Assembly (NCBI RefSeq): GCF_006345805.1 | Contig: NC_043013.1 | Location: forward strand, 5,394,001-5,458,000 | Direction: 5' to 3' | From: Octopus sinensis | Lineage: Eukaryota | DNA: 64,000 nt | Shown here: positions 62,131 to 64,000 of the stretch, one piece after another | Numbering within the stretch: position 1 is the first letter of the stretch | How the letters are laid out: the number at the start of each line of letters is the position of its first letter | The notes under the pieces: model-generated | Told to the model about the DNA's origin: nothing | The model's input: the letters and a program-made list of their open reading frames with translations, nothing else | Database searches by the model: none | Program-made: the position numbers and the translations under genes

Positions 62131-64000
62131 ATATATATATGTATTACCATAATATCACTGTCAAGCAGTATTTAGGCATATGCAAACTTTAGGTTAGTTA
62201 AAATATGTTTGTGACATATATCAACTGCTAAAAGGCAAATTCACTGCAGTTCTTTGAAGAAAAATTCTCTTTTATTATAAGAAGGTGTAAGAACATGTCT
62301 GCTCAGTTAAAGCCATGGCTTTGATAAGGTCTGTCCAGAGTTGCCTCTCTTAGGTATTTCCCATTGATCATGGTTAAAAAGTTAGAAACATTGATGTCTG
62401 GGAATCTGATAGGTGGTGACTCTGGGCAGATATGGCGTTTTTACACCTTTTTACCATAAGAGAGAATTTCTCTCCACAGTAACTGCAACAAATTTTCCCC
62501 CCACAGACAACCAGTCTTAAACTCTTCTGTTATGGCCCATCGATCCTTGAACGTGCAGGTATGGCTAACCAATGGAGATGGGCTAACGCACCTTATGCTC
62601 AGCAAGCATGACGCAGCGAGTCACACAACCCGGCCACCCACGCACAGCTGCGCTCGCCCTCACAAGTTACTCAACAACCTTACTAGTGTTGGTGGCACAA
62701 ATAAAAAAAAGTACCCAATATACTTCAATAAGTGATGGGTTTTGAGAATGGCATCTAACCATAGAAACCATGCCAAAGTTGATACTGGAGCTTGGTGTGG
62801 CCTTGTAAGCTCAGCAAATCTTGTCAAACTGTCCAACCCATGCCAGCATGGAAAGTGGATGATAAATGATGATGTTAATGATAATGATGGCATGTACAGG
62901 AAAAAGTATGATAGACACAATCTGCAGTTTAAAACTTTTTTTTTCCACACACGTTTTGCTGTTGAGGCTATTGGCATCCTCTGCAGAGAGTGTTTATTGC
63001 ATTTGGATGGAGATCCACAACTGTGTTCTTCGGTGAAAACTTTATTACATTATGTTAACACAGAATGAATGCATTTTGTTGGATAGTTATTATAAAAGCT
63101 GGTAATTCTAGTAAGTACAGAAGTAACCACGTTATGAGCTGTATACTTGATGAAAACACTCTAAATTCCTCAGTAATAGTCATACATCTAACTTGTGTCA
63201 AAGTCTGAAACTAATATATTCCTGATAATTATTACCGATTCACTGCTCTGATGCGAAGTCAAGCTGGGCCTGAACACGGAACACAAAATTATGCAGTGGA
63301 TAAATTCAACAGAGTAAACCAGATCACCTACCTATTGCATTTGTTATGTCTAATGTTGCCAGAAAACTGAAATGGTTAAGTAATTGCAGCATAGAAGAGC
63401 TATTTTAGTGTTTTAGTATACAGAAATAAGCTGTTAAAATATCACTTCTTGTTTATTTAGTAGCGATGTCAACGTTCTTTTTGTCCCAATGTAATCAGTG
63501 AAGCCGTGTCAATGAGCCGGATATAGCTGTGGGACTAAAACTTTCGATACCTTGAGGAATAAACGAAATGGGAATTCAACATTTTTGTGTGTGTTTGGAA
63601 TTTCTAAACTGTGTGTTTTATTCTGTAATTGTTTCAACACACGGATTTCAGATTATGTCACTTACCAGACAAGTGAGTACACCTTAAAAATAGAATGGTT
63701 AAGTTTAGAGGAATAACAAAGAGCTGAAAAAAACCCATACAGGAATGTTGATTTAATTTTGTATTTATTTTTCGAATAAGTTACGTCACAGCCGGGATGT
63801 TTGGTTCGGCAGCTGATCGTTGCAGTTGCTCTAATTTCCAGCACTTGTTTACAATAGAGACACATGAAGGTTTTGTTTATAAAACGTATGTAGATATATT
63901 CTTTCAGAAGTTCCTGTTATTGTATTCTGGTCATATTAACATACTGACTTTGTAGGGTATAGTCACACTTGGGCAATCTTTGAATTTAGGACACCAATTT

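Noticed and set aside
62890-64000. Non-repetitive stretch with a minus-strand GTAAGT donor near 63665
   Set aside because: No convincing ORF or recognisable product; cannot support a gene call from sequence alone.

Overview
AT-rich, repeat-saturated metazoan genomic DNA. The tRNA-headed SINE families, Dong/R4 and RTE LINEs and dense microsatellites look like an octopod cephalopod (inference). No host protein-coding gene is recognisable: nearly all ORFs in the track are microsatellite or SINE read-throughs, or decayed transposase/RT fragments. Solid features are one intact tRNA-Asn(GTT) gene (5804-5877, -), a near-intact DD34D mariner (23552-24841), an internally deleted rosa/DD41D-type Tc1/mariner (60113-61014), non-autonomous Helitrons, a stack of (TAA)n-targeted Dong/R4-type 3' ends (34215-36712), RTE/CRE/Gypsy fragments and dozens of SINEs. 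The most interesting unannotated signal is a set of type I hammerhead ribozymes, mostly with the short palindromic stem III of Penelope-like elements and retrozymes. Three have intact cores (2208-2300, 23277-23363, 31744-31789), several are decayed, and one pair sits in a tandem ~354-nt monomer array with an inverted segment (19134-19878). All structures and alignments were read by eye, so repeat boundaries are approximate.
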